A DNA stretch of 62,571 bases, the filler included, from Chiloscyllium plagiosum (taxonomy: Eukaryota): NCBI RefSeq assembly GCF_004010195.1. It is 3 parts of one record of this genome, joined end to end, with 100 filler letters (N's around TTAATTAATTAA, not from the genome) between each part and the next. Parts side by side here need not be neighbours in the genome. Positions count along the whole stretch, not along the records: positions 1 to 23,697 come from NC_057713.1; 2 more parts are not named here. One strand, given 5' to 3'. Shown here piece after piece: positions 1-12,039 of this stretch. The notes beneath the pieces were generated by a model that was given only the letters and a program-made list of their open reading frames with translations, was not told the DNA's origin and did not search any database. A program made the position numbers and the translations under genes. How positions within the stretch are numbered: position 1 is the first letter of the stretch; each line of letters begins with the position of its first letter.

Positions 1-453
1 TAGCTGAATGTGCACACACTTTCCACACTTATACGAGCCAGACACACCAGAGTGGTTGACCTCCAACATCAAGCACGTAGCACACTGAACCAGCTTGGCA
101 GTCATGTCTTCACCCTCTTCAACTGTGGCGTAATCACTTCACTCAACCTCCTTGTCAAAGACTCCTGACCTAAAGCCTCACTCTTCAATCCACAGGATCT
201 TCCTTGGACCCTCTTTTTGGGGCAAGTCTGTGGACATTTAATTTAGGTTAGAGGAGGAGGGAGGGAGGGAGGTCCTACTTTGTAGGACATGGGGTCTAGA
301 ACACATCCACTCAAATAACAATCACTTACCTTCCCGACTGGCTTTGTGCTCTACCTTCACTTCCGCCCAGCTCCTGCTGCTATCTGATGCGAAAAGACCG
401 TTGGCGTCGAGGTAAACAATAAATAACAATCTTAAATAACAATCACTTACCTT
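1..453 (-). mobile_element. 5' end of a CR1-type LINE: 5' UTR plus ORF1 N-terminus, running off the window
   Basis: Minus-strand ATG at 105 reads MTAKLVQCATCLMLEV...YKCGKCVHIQL, a CxxC...CxxC zinc finger like the CR1 ORF1 at 55749. Confidence 0.7.
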
Positions 454-1600
454 GCCTTTCCAATCAGTCCTTGCCTTTCCAAATACATGTACATCCTGTC
501 CCTCAGGTTTCCCTCCAACAACTTGCCCACCACCGATGTCAGACTCACTGGCCTATAGTTCCCTAACTTGTCCTTACCACCCATCTTAAATAGTGGCAAC
601 ACGTTAGCCAACCTCCAGTCTTCCAGCACCTCACCTGTGACTATCAATGATACAAATACCTCAGCAAGAGGCCCAGCAATCACTTCTCTAGCTTCCCACA
701 GAGTTCTCGGGTACACCTGATCAGGTCCTGGGGATTTATCCACCATTATGTGTTTCAACAAATTCAGCACTTTCTCCTCAGTAATATGGACATTTTTCAA
801 GATGTCACCATCTAGTTCTCTACATTCTATATCTTCCATGTCCTTTTCCACAGTAAATACTGATGCAAAATACTCGTTTAGTATCTCCCCCATTTTCTGT
901 GGCTCTACACAAAGGCCGCCTTGCTGATCTTTGAGGGGCCCTATTGTCTCCCTAGTTACCCTTTTGTCCTTAGTGTATTTGTAAAAACCCTTTGGATTCT
1001 CCTTAATTCTATTTGCCAAAGCTATCACATGTCTCCTTTTTGCCCTCCTGATTCCCCTCTTAAGTATACTTCTCCTGCCTTTCTACTCTTCTCAGGATTC
1101 ACTCGATCTATCCTGTCTGTACCTGACATATGCTTCCTTCTTTTTCTTAACCAAGCCCTCAATTTCTTTAGTCATCTAGCATTCTCTTTACCTACCAGCC
1201 TTTCCTTTCACCCTAACAGGAATATTATTTCTCTGGATTCTCTTTATCTCATTTCTGAAGGCTTCCCATTTTCCAGCTGTCCTTTTACCTGCAAACATTG
1301 CCCCCAATCAGCTTTCGAAAGTTCTTGCCTAATACTGTCAAAATTGGCCTTTCTCCAATTTAAAACTTCAACTTTTTGATCTGGTCTATCCTTTTCTATC
1401 ACTATTTTAAATCTAATAGGATTATTGTCGCTGGCCCCAAAGTGCTCTCCCACTGACACCTCACTCACCTGCCCTGCCTTATTTTCCAAGAGTAGATCAA
1501 GTTTTGCACCTTCTCTAATATGTGCATCCACATACTGAATCAGAACATTTTCTTTCGTATACTTAACAAATTCCTCTCCATCTAAACCCTTAACACTGTG
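454..1600 (-). mobile_element. CR1 LINE ORF2 fragment (endonuclease end, linker, start of RT)
   Basis: ORFs 1244..1531 (LDLLL...HFGASDNN) and 447..1028 (KSPGPD..YPR, NYRPVSLTSVVGKLLE). Same family as 57073-57724. Confidence 0.92.
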
Positions 1601-2094
1601 CCTTCTCTTGCCTGAGGCATGGTAACCCTCAGGTTAAATAACTAGTTGTTTCTCTCTCATGGGAGAGCAGTCCTATGATCCAGTAGGTAATCCTTACCCT
1701 AACTTTTACCTGTATTAAGAAGTGCCCAGAGTAAGAATAATTAACTGCAGGAAAGCCAACTTCAAAGGACTAAGAATGGATTTGGAGCAGATAAATTAAA
1801 ACAAGAAAGCATCATACTTGAATAAAAAGGTTTAAAGATAATCTAGTTCTTCTACAGTGACGGTATGTTCCTTCAAAGCGAAAGGATAGGTAAAGCAAAT
1901 TTAGAGCTCTCTGGATGATTATAGAAGTGGAAAGTAAGATGAAGAGGAAAAAGTACACTTATTACAAATATCTGGTGGATGATATAACTGAAAACTCAGG
2001 TAAAGTAAAAGGCTTGGTGGGGAAAGTGAAAATTTGTTTTGTTTGCTTTAAGAATTTAAGTTTGATCAAAGACTAGCAACTAACTAAAAGGAAT

Positions 2095-2833
2095 CATAGA
2101 GCATAGAACTGTATAGCACAGGAATGGCCCTTTGGCCCAAGATGTTGTGCCGAACGTGACACCAGATTAAACTAACCCCTTCTGCCTGCCCTTGGCCCAT
2201 ATCCCTCCATTTGTTGCATATTCATGTGCTTATCTAAAATTCTCTTAAACACCCTATCGTATCTGCCTCCACCAGCACCTCTGGCAGTGCATTCCAGACT
2301 CCTACCACTTTGTGTACAAAACGTTGTCCTTCACATCTCCTTTGAACTTTCACCTTCACATCTCAAATCCATGCTCTCTAGTTTTAGACATTTCACCTCT
2401 GCGCAAAAAGATTCTAACTGTCAACTTTATCTATGTATCTCGTAATATTATAGATTTTATCAAGTCTCCCCTCAGCCTCCACCACTCCAGAGAAAACAAC
2501 CTCAGTTTTTCTAGCCTCTCCTTTATAGCTCATTCCCTCTAATCCTGGTAATCCTCTTTTGCACGCTCCCCAGAGCATCTACATCCTCTTGTAATGTGGT
2601 GACTTGATTTGAGTGTAGTACTTCTAAGTCTGGCCAAACCAAAATTTTATAAAGCTTCCTGACTCTTGTACTCAATTCTCCGACCAATGAAGGCAAGGAT
2701 GCTATATGTGTTTTCTATCACCCTTTCTACTTGCGTGGTCACTTGCAGGGAACTATGGACTTGAACCCCAAGATCCTTCTGTATGTCAATGCTGTTTAGG
2801 GTTCTGCCATTAACTGTGTAGTTTTCCTTAACA
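2095..2833 (-). mobile_element. CR1 3' fragment (resumes at about 3240-3270 after a nested insertion)
   Basis: Reverse complement of the CR1 RT end and 3' UTR, including the (catag)-type tail at about 2095. Confidence 0.75.
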
Positions 2834-3239
2834 CAAAAAAGTCAAAACAACAGAACTTTTAAAAGGGAGAGGAACAGACAAAGGAAGCACATGGTGAGGT
2901 CAGTGCAGGTGAGTGTGTGAGAGAGAGAGAAAGAAACTGACACAGCAGTGAACCTGCACAGGTACTGCCTTTGTTTGAATTCATGTATTGCTGGATATAA
3001 AAGAGACCTAAGGGGCAACCTTTTCACGCAGAGGGTGGTACATGTATGGAATGAGCTGCCAGAGGAAGTGGTGGAGGCTAATACAATTGCAACATTTAAA
3101 AGGTATATGAATAGGAAGGGTTTGGAGGGATATAGACCGAGTGCTGGCAGGTGGGACTAGATTGGGATGGCATATCTAGTCGGCATGGACAAGTTGGATC
3201 AAAGGGTCTGTTTCTGTACTGTACATCTCTGTGACTTTA
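2834..3239 (+). mobile_element. Bipartite CR1 derivative: 5' UTR segment fused to the 3' terminal segment
   Basis: 2963-2995 matches the CR1 5' UTR at 55459-55495. 2996-3239 is the CR1 3' end (KRDLRGNLFTQRVV...WNELPEEVV and tail). Confidence 0.7.
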
Positions 3240-3269
3240 TTTGATCTCTCAAAGTGCAGCACCTCACTT

Positions 3270-4270
3270 AAAAGGGTGGTAAAAGGGAAAGTGCAGCAGA
3301 TTAGGGACCAGCAAGGGGACTTATGTGTGGAAGCAAGATGTATAGCTGAAGTATGTACTGGAACATCTTTATTTCTGAGATAAAGAGATATTAGCCTGGC
3401 AAAAGAGGAGATAATTCAGTCAAGAAAGAAAGAACTCAAAGAAGTTATAACTGCTGAGAAAGTAATATTGAATATTCTGTCCACCTCAAATTAATAAGGC
3501 ACAAGGATCGGATGACATGTATCCGAGGACACTAAGGGAAGTGAAAGAGGAAATTATCTAATTACTGACCAAAATGTTCCAGACTTCTTCCGACTCAAGA
3601 GTGATGCCAGAGGATTGGAGAATAGCAAATGTTATGGCCTTATTTTAAAAATTACAGTGCAAGGATAAGCCAAGTCAATTTAACTTCATTGTTTGGGAAC
3701 CGTTAGAAATAATAATTCAGTGCAAAATTAATCGTCACATAAAATGCAGGTTGTTTCAGGAGTGCCAACATGGATTTCTTAAAGGAAAATCATGTTTAAC
3801 TGACTGGTGTTTTTGAAAAAAATAAGAGGGTTGATTTGGATAAAGCTGTTGATGTGCTGTACCTGAAATTCTAAAAGGCATTTGATATAGTACCGCACAA
3901 CAGACTTACAAATAAAGTAATAACTCATGGAATAAAAGGGACAGTAGCAACACTGATATAACATTGGTTACATGATAGGAAACAAAATGGTTGGTGAAAA
4001 CATTGGTTAGTGAAATGTATTTGGTCAAGGAAGGTTTGGCATGGACATTCCCAGGGTCAGTGTTGGGACCTTTTGCCTGATGTATATTAATCTGATTATT
4101 TCATTTTGGTGTACTGGGCATAGCTTCCAGAGTTGAAGATGTTGAAAGCATTTTGAATTGTGTACAGGGAAATGTCTAGCTTCAAATTGACAGAGACAAG
4201 TTGGGGGGATGTATGGAACACATGGCATGTGAAAGTCAATGTAGAGAAGAGTTAAGTGATTTATTTGATG
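3270..4270 (+). mobile_element. Old, degraded CR1 ORF2 fragment (continues at about 5140-6010)
   Basis: Decayed PEDWRIANV, QHGF and KAFD.VPH motifs with many stops and frameshifts. Confidence 0.7.
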
Positions 4271-4272
4271 AG

Positions 4273-5140
4273 TGTTACGCCTCACTGGGGTAGCGTGCTA
4301 GAAATCAAGCTTCACTGTTCTTGGAGTCATCACAAAATATACAGGTACACAAAATTCCCCAATTTATCTGTTGACTCAGGTTTCTAGACTTCACAAGATC
4401 TAACAAGAATCACTATTTATTGCAAATAGTTTATGGCTAGAGATAAACTATTATGAACTACAACACACAAGTCAACTGATTAAAACTCTCAGCCCCTAAT
4501 AAAAATTATTGCATGCATTCATGCAGTCAGGCAGAAGGATCATGGCTGGAGGAAAACACTTGGAAAGAAATTCAATGATCTCTGATCACAGGGTTTCTGA
4601 GATGATTCTTTTGGTTTATCAGGATTTGCTGAGCTTCCACCCTACTTTACATGATTGCAGGAGGCAGGGAGTGACTGGCTCTCACTTACAAAGTCTCTGA
4701 TTTATTTCTTAAAATTCACAGCAGACAACAACAGATGAGGGAAATAAACCAAGCTTCCTCCAGGCTTAAGGTGTTTTTACTGCAGGGAAAAGGATAGTTC
4801 CTTCCTTTTGGAAGGTACAATAGCTTTTGACAAAATATTCACACCACAAGCTGTTCAGCTACCTGGAATCCTGTTGCTTTACTCTTGATAACTGGTCACC
4901 ATTCAACTTACTGTTGCCAGTCAAATTTCCCTTTGTACACACTATCTGACTCCGGTAGGTATGTAGTAATCTCCCTAATGTTTCAGCAATCAGTAGTTTA
5001 AACAACACTTACAATGAATGTTGGTCATTTGCTTTTAAAGCCTGTTGTAACCTTTTCACAGTCTTTGGTTTTTAAAAAGTTCTTTTCCCGTTTCAGTCCA
5101 TAAGCAAAAACACAGAAAAATAAGATACGGTCTTCATGTT
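4273..5140. mobile_element. Possible solo LTR interrupting the old CR1
   Basis: Begins TGTTAC and interrupts collinear CR1 sequence. No coding signal; the right boundary is uncertain. Confidence 0.3.
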
Positions 5141-5828
5141 GGAAGGACACAGAAAGATAATATTAAAACAAGGTGAATTTCTAAAATTGACCCAGAAGCA
5201 AATGGACATATTTATTTGTACATAAATTGTTGAAGGTGCAGGGCAAGTTGAAACAATAGATACAATATACTTACAATATATTGTATAATACAATTATACA
5301 ATATATTCATTAATAGGAGGACACAGCACAAGAGCAAGGAGTTTATGTTAATCGTACAGGATAATTTGATTCAACCTGAACTGGAATATTGTTTTCTGTT
5401 TTGAGTACCACACGTCTGGAAAGGTGGGAATTCATGTGAGACCATGGAGAAAAGGTTGTTAAGAATGGTTCAAGGGGATAAAGGACTTCAATTATATAGA
5501 TAGTTTCGAAAATTTGGGACCATGGAGAAGGAAGGTTGAGAGATTTGAAAGATATATTCAAGATTGAAAGCAGTCTAATCTGGTACGAGTGTTGAGAATG
5601 AGATGTTATAGATTTAATTGGCAAGAGAACTGATGCAGACCTGAGGACAATTGTCTTTCATGCATTGTGTAGTTAAAATCTGGAATAGGCTGCCACGTCA
5701 GAGGCAGCCATCTAGGCATTCCAGAAAGAATTGGATGATTATATGAAAATGAAATGTGAAGTTTACATGAAGGAGCTGGTCTTGAAGTGGCACTAGGTAT
5801 TTTGCTAATTTGGAGAGTCGAGATATAG

Positions 5829-5969
5829 AGCTGAAAATGTGTTGCTGGAAAAGCGCAGCAGGTCAGGCAGCATCCAGGGAACAGGAGAATCGATGTTTCG
5901 GGCATAAGCTTTTCCAGCAACACATTTTCAGCTCTGATTTCCAGCATCTGCAGTCCTCACTTTCTCCTC
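5829..5969. mobile_element. Short fold-back Penelope-derived element
   Basis: Inverted arms agagctgaaaatgtgttgctggaaaagc / gcttttccagcaacacattttcagctct. 15-bp TSD agagtcgagatatag (5814-5828, 5970-5984). Confidence 0.75.
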
Positions 5970-6259
5970 AGAGTCGAGATATAGTAAGCCAAATGGCTTC
6001 TTCTGTGCTGTAGTGGTTTTTTATGGTAGAGTGATACACGAATAACATTTAAATGAAAAGCAGTGGACTTTGCATAATGTAACTTTGAAAATGATTTTCA
6101 TTTATACAGCACTTCATAATCTTAGAAATTCTTAAACTGCTTTACAGCCAATAATATATTTTGTTTGCATTTACATTTTCAATAAATGAATATAAACGTA
6201 CTAAATGTGGTCATTTTATTCTCCTTCATCTGCAAATTATTTGAATTTTTAACTTTAGC

Positions 6260-6492
6260 TGTTGTGACTGTAACAAGGTCAGCCAAGTGGACACCATGGA
6301 ATGAGTTCCCTGATTGGGGCTGTTAATCTGATTCAAACAGGGAGCCCTTGTGACAAATATAAACAAGAATGTCAAGCATCCTGTTCACTCTAAGAGCTGG
6401 CTCTGAAGAAGCTGGATCAGTGTCAAGGACTCTCCAAGTGTAAATAAAGGGTGACTTGGTGACGGGTTACTGGCCTCTGTGGAGTTATTTCA
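6260..6492 (+). mobile_element. Solo LTR of the Gypsy family found at 46888-50746
   Basis: TG...CA ends, TATAAA-like and AATAAA signals. Its reverse complement aligns by eye to 46888-47020 and 50670-50746. Confidence 0.8.
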
Positions 6493-8027
6493 CTGGCAAA
6501 CTTCTTTAAGACAGATTGTGTATTTTGTGGTTAACAGAATAGCAGGCCATTTACGAAAAAGCTTTTTGCAAACTATGGTATTTTTCAAGGGATGGAAACA
6601 ATGCAGACTGAATTTTGCTGGTTGACAACAAAAATAAAATCAAATTAAATCACTTTGAATATTTAATGAAAAACACTCATGATTTTTCTTTCTTGCCAAC
6701 ACTGAGATTTACAGCTTGGGACATTCCTCCACCGTGTTGTCAGATCTTTTGTTGTCTTGCCCCCTTCTGCTAATGACAGGCATAAAAAGATAGTGAGCTA
6801 ATCTGGAGATTCATCCCTTCCCTGTTCAATTCCAATATTTTCCAGCCTTATCTCAGGTTCTGTACTCATAGTGCTACAAATCTAATAACAATCCTGTCAG
6901 TGCCACTAGTCCCATGCCCCCCTTCATTTCGCTAACTCTCACCTGTACTGCCAACCATGAGGTACCAAACTCCAACCTGCTACATTTTGCAAAGCATTCT
7001 AACCATATCTAAGAGTTAAGAAATAATATAAGAACTAAAAGGGTGCATGTAACAAAAAAAGCTATATGAAATCAAATATAGGAGGATTTGATTGCAACAG
7101 TAAAGCAGTTGTCCTGTTATACGAGGCCTGATGAGACCAAATCTGGAATATTGTGTGCAATTTTGGTCACTTTATCTGCAGGAAGATGTACTGCCATAGA
7201 GGCAGTGCAGCAAAGGTTCACCAAACTAATTTCTGGGATATAGAGATTATCCCATGAGGTAAGATATAGAATTAGTTTGTTTGCTCATGGAATGTGGGCA
7301 TTGCTGTCTAAGCCAGGATTTATTGCTCTTTTCTAATTGCCTTGGAGAAGATGACGAGATGCCTTTTGCAACTCCTGCAGTCCTTCAAAGTTGTTAGGAC
7401 AGTTATAAACTAGATCAAACTTGGTTACCTACATAGCTGGTTTACGATACAGAGTGACACCAACAGGATGGATTTAATTCTCATTCCAACTGAGGTCCCC
7501 ATGAATGACCCATCTTCTTAATGCCGCTCCTTGCCTGATGTGTAGTGAGTCTCTGCCTGTCTAGGCCAGCATTTATTTCCCATTTCTGATGGGTATATGA
7601 ATAGAAATGGTTTAGAGGGCTATGAGCTGTGATAAATGGGACTACATTAGGTTAGGCTACCTGGGCAGCATAAATGATTTTCGCTGAAGGGTCTGTTTCC
7701 ATACTGTACATCCCTATGATTCTATAACTGAATGTGTGGTAAGGAGGTAGAAGGTGAATGCACGGCATGAGATTGGTCATTGGTTATATGGACTCCATGA
7801 TTGAGGATAAGAGTGCAGAGAAGATCTTGGTATACAGTTACCACAGAGTAGTGAAGGTTGCAGAAAGACTTCTTGCAATGGGGTCAGCATGAAGGCAGCA
7901 GCTGGCAATAGGGGAAATAGTTGTCAGATGTTGGGTTCAGAGGTGATAAGGAACAATATCTTCCACTGTAAGGGCAGAGGCCTGGCATAATAAGTTGGAA
8001 TTGCAGCAAGGATATGAAGACCATCCC

Positions 8028-8436
8028 GGTTCTAGATTAGAGTGGTGCTGGAAAAGCACAGCAGTTCAGGCGACATCCAAGGAGCAGGAAAATTGACGTT
8101 TCGGGCAAAAGCCCTTCATCAGGAATGAACACCTCACCTTCTGCCTCGGAACACTTCAACCCCAGGGCATCAATGTGGACTTCACCAGTTTTCTCATTTA
8201 CCCTTCCCTCACCTCACCCCAGCTCCAAACTTCCAGCTCAGCACTGTCCCCATGACTTGTCCTATCTGCCTTCTTCCTTTCCACCCTGCAGGCACTCTGC
8301 CTCTATTCCTGATGAAGGGCTTTTGCCCGAAACGTCAATTTTCCTCCTCCTCGGATGCTGCCAGATCTGCTGTGCTTTTCCACACCACTCTAATCTAGAA
8401 TCTGGTTTCCAGCATCTGCAGCTCTTGTTTTTACCC
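8028..8436. mobile_element. Fold-back Penelope-like element remnant with two opposed hammerhead cores
   Basis: About 95-bp inverted arms. 15-bp TSD tatgaagaccatccc (8013-8027, 8437-8451). Confidence 0.8.
8309..8336 (+). ncRNA. Minimal hammerhead ribozyme core (PLE type)
   Basis: CUGAUGA-A-GGGC-UUUU-GCCC-GAAA-CGUC. Helix I is weak in this copy. A mirror copy lies on the minus strand at 8095-8122. Confidence 0.6.
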
Positions 8437-8945
8437 TATGAAGACCATCCCCTCAGCATAGGATCTGTTGCCAAAGATTGAGCAAGTATGGGATGACTGA
8501 GAACTGTGACACTCCAGATAGTTTGTCAGTAAGATTTACAAGCTAAAAACCATATGCTTCACAGCACATCATATGTCTTGCCATGTTCTGTCAGTTGCTG
8601 TCAAAGTCATTGGTTATTGAAATCTCAGCAAAGTAGAAAGTACACTGTCACTTGCACAACTTTGTTATTCCAAATCTTCAAATTCTACTGTGCCAACAAC
8701 TCAACAATACAAATCTAGCCCAGTGTTTCTTTGATATCTACTATTCCCAGGACCTGAAAGTCAAGCTATTTTAGCAGAATAAACTAAATAATTACACAAA
8801 CCCAATCGTTGAAATGAAATTAAGTGTTAATGACAAATAATTAACAATAAATGTGTGGGTCACAATGAAAATTAAGTTTTTCGTAAGGAACAGTGATACC
8901 AACCAGTACTGAAGCTAATAGGTTTAAAACTTCCTTTTCTTATAG

Positions 8946-9107
8946 GTTATGTTTTCTAGTGCAAGATATGTATGGTTTATTTGGTGAAGTTCATCATCAT
9001 ACATTCTGCTCATTGGAAGAGGACATGCAGATTCAAAGTGCCTGCTGGGAAGGAAAGGAATGCTATCTAACGGGAATGAAGGTTCTACAGAGAACAACAA
9101 GAGGGAG
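8946..9107 (+). CDS. SPIDR: SPIDR internal coding exon A (LCFLVQDMYGLFGEVH...GMKVLQRTTRGR)
   Basis: ttttcttatag acceptor, AG|gtaagc donor, 162 nt, phase 2/2, the only open frame. Peptide resembles recalled human SPIDR CLLVQDACGMFGEVH...GMKVLQKVTRGR. Confidence 0.93.
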
Positions 9108-9887
9108 GTAAGCATTCAGAAAATGTATTTGCATTTATAAGATCCTATACTTTCAATGAGTTATTTCTTGCAAACGAATCTGATTTGCAGTGATCCAAAG
9201 ATTTACTGGATTCTAGATACCTTTGATCTATATGACATATAAGACCTTAGCGTTGAAATTGCAGCATTATTGATGGCAAAACTGTCATATTTTATAAGCC
9301 TGTGGGCTTAGCATGTATCTTGTTAATAGTACTATTGACAGTATCACTGGCATTTATGATTTGTGCACGGTATTGCTCAGATATCCGATCTGTTGGTGTC
9401 TCACTTTCCTCGTGACTCTCAAAATAGCACGGAAGGTACCATTTCAAAGTTAATACAATTGAAGATAAAGATTACCATTTTCTAGTGGGAAGGCAGTTAA
9501 TTATAAATCATGTTGATCCTTGTACTTTACCCTCAAGAGTAAGGAGATTTAGAAGTTACCTAATTAGAACAAAGTTTGAAGTAGATGACTAATGTGGATG
9601 GACATTGGAATGTGTTGCCAGTTTATGATGTCACCATATAACTATAATGCTATTTGGCTAAACATCCTAAATTCATATTATTTTGTGGATTGTATGTGCT
9701 GTTTATGCAAAGGGTACAGGGAAATTGATACTTGCCATATTTTTGCCATATTTTTGATGTTAAATTCTAATTACTTTGGGAGTAGTTTAAATATTTAACT
9801 AGCTCCACACATTTGTCAGATAAAAGGCTTAAGCAGCATAATATGCTCATCATGCTGCATCGTAGTTAATATTCTTTTTTATATGTA

Positions 9888-10152
9888 CAGGTACAAGGGG
9901 ACATAGCTTTAAATTGAGGGGTGATAGATATGGGACAGATGTCAGAGGTAGTTTCTTTACTCAGAGAGTAGTAGGAGTGTGGAATGCCCTGCAACAGTAG
10001 TAGACTTGCCAAATGTAAAGGCATTTAAATGGTCATTGGATAAACATACGGATGAAAATGAAATAGTGTGGGTAAAATGGGTTTCAGATTGATTCCACAG
10101 GTCGGCACAACATCGAGAGCCGAAGGGCCTGTATTGAGTTGTTATGTTCTAT
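9888..10152 (+). mobile_element. 5'-truncated CR1 3' end
   Basis: FFTQRVVGVWNAL-type end and a gccgaagggcctgt 3' tail. Confidence 0.75.
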
Positions 10153-10504
10153 TAAACAACATGTATTTTGGAAACAAGGCTGATCAATAATTTAAGCAAA
10201 TAATTTTCTTACATAGTTGCCAATTTGTTCAGTATAATTTGTAATGATTTATGACAACTTGCATGGTATAATAAAAGCTGTGACAACAATCATTTGAACT
10301 AATGCAAACATAATGAGATTCTATTATAAATCAGGACTCCAAAGGTTTCCCTTCGAACTTAATATGACAGAAATGACTGTCAATATTGTACATTGAACTT
10401 AACAATTGTTTGAGACTTGGTAAAGATTTCGCTACAGTAGCCCAATTCAGTAGTGCTACTCAAGGTTTGTGTAAAGATTTGTACACAACCACCCAAACAC
10501 ACAA

Positions 10505-11280
10505 GAGAAGCTGAATTAGAGAAACAAGTCCTAACCTTGTTCAAAAGGGCTGCATCACACTGCAGCACTTCTGATCTGCGAAGAGAGGAAGAAGAACACC
10601 TCTACAAAGTCTTTGCCAAGAATGGATATCCCCACAACTTCATATGCAGATGCCTGGCAGATAAACAATGCGATGAGGCTATGCCAGAACTCAGCAGACT
10701 AACTACTCTACCTTACTTAAAAAACCATCTCGGAACTGACAGCCAAATTTCTCCAACCACTTGAATGCATCACAGCCCATAAACTGACAGCTATACTCCG
10801 ATACCAACTCACAGAACAAAGGACACAGTATTCATCATGTGCAGGACAAACGTGGTGTACAAGATTCCATGCAAGAACTGCAGAAAACTCTGTAAAGGAC
10901 AAACAGGCAGACAACTAATGATCCGCATTCATGAAAATCGACTAGTCACTAAATGCCATGAATAGCTGTCCCTAGGAGCTATACCTGCTGATGAAAAGGA
11001 CCACAAATTTGACTGGGATAACGCAATAATAATAGGACAAGCCAAACCGAGGGCAGCCAGAAAATTTCCAGAAGCATGGCACGCATTTACGGACTCCATC
11101 CATAAACACATTGACCAGGGCGCAGTATACCGACCACTGCAACAAACAACCAGAACTGGCAACCGGAAGCAGTGGGAGCGAAACCAAATAAATTCCAACT
11201 GACAGTAAGCAGCGTTTCATGGGAGGCTCCATAGCTCTGCAAACCAACTTCCCAGCTCAATGAATATACCTACAACAACT
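10505..11280 (+). mobile_element. Penelope-like element fragment (RT thumb/linker and GIY-YIG endonuclease)
   Basis: Frameshifted translation LFKRAASHCST...VFAKNGYP...NVVYKIPCKNC...GQTGRQL.IRIHE...FDWDN...EAWH. Confidence 0.85.
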
Positions 11281-11730
11281 TCAATAGTGCGATTTTTTTG
11301 GATTGTGACTGAAATATATTTTGGCAATGCAAGTTGCTTTGTTGTTTCTGGAGAAGAATATAATGTAAAGTCATCATAGTCCCATTAGACTAAGATGACT
11401 GGTGGTGACTTTAACCTGAAGGTCTCCACACCACAGGTGAGATTGAGCAAGAATTGAACTGCGCTGTTGGCATCACGCTATGTGGTAAACTAGCCATCTA
11501 GCTAACTGAGTGAACAGATTAGCCAATGAACAGACCCTTGAAAGAGACTATGGTCCTGTGTGCTATGTCAAAATTTAATTTGTTTATATGAAGTTTGGCT
11601 TTGAAATCTGGTGAAAAGTGGGCTACAACACTGGGTTAATATATATCTAAGGAGATATGTTTTGTACAGAGTCATCTGAGGTTATTGCATCCTCCATCTA
11701 CACACATTTAATACTTGGAATGTTAGAATA

Positions 11731-11856
11731 CTTCATCAGGTGGTAGTGGATTGAGCCCTCCACTACCACCTGATGAAGGAGCGACGCTCCGAAAGCTAGT
11801 GTGCTTCCAATTAAACCTGTTGGACTATAACCTGATGTTGTATGATTTTTAACTTT
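11731..11856 (+). mobile_element. Penelope terminal-repeat fragment with a 20-bp fold-back
   Basis: 11731-11750 is the reverse complement of 11759-11778. Same family as 15943, 17235 and 52236. Confidence 0.7.
11770..11798 (+). ncRNA. Minimal hammerhead ribozyme core
   Basis: CAC-CUGAUGA-A-GGAGC-GAC-GCUCC-GAAA-GCUA-GUG: helix II of 5 bp, helix I CAC/GUG. Confidence 0.6.
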
Positions 11857-12039
11857 ACTCTGTGAGGCTTTGTAACTCAGGGAGGAGCAGCTAAAAGAGC
11901 AAGCTGGGAATTCACCTTCTCTTGGAAAGGAAAGGCTCACAGTAATCATCATGTTCACATAGGTGATCTTGCTATTAATTAATGTGATCTTGGATGTATT
12001 TTCAGAACTCCCCAGTTGTATATATTCAAGGCTATATGG

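Noticed and set aside
1..8945. Upstream SPIDR exon (QRVY-containing)
   Set aside because: No convincing exon found; the region is almost all repeats.
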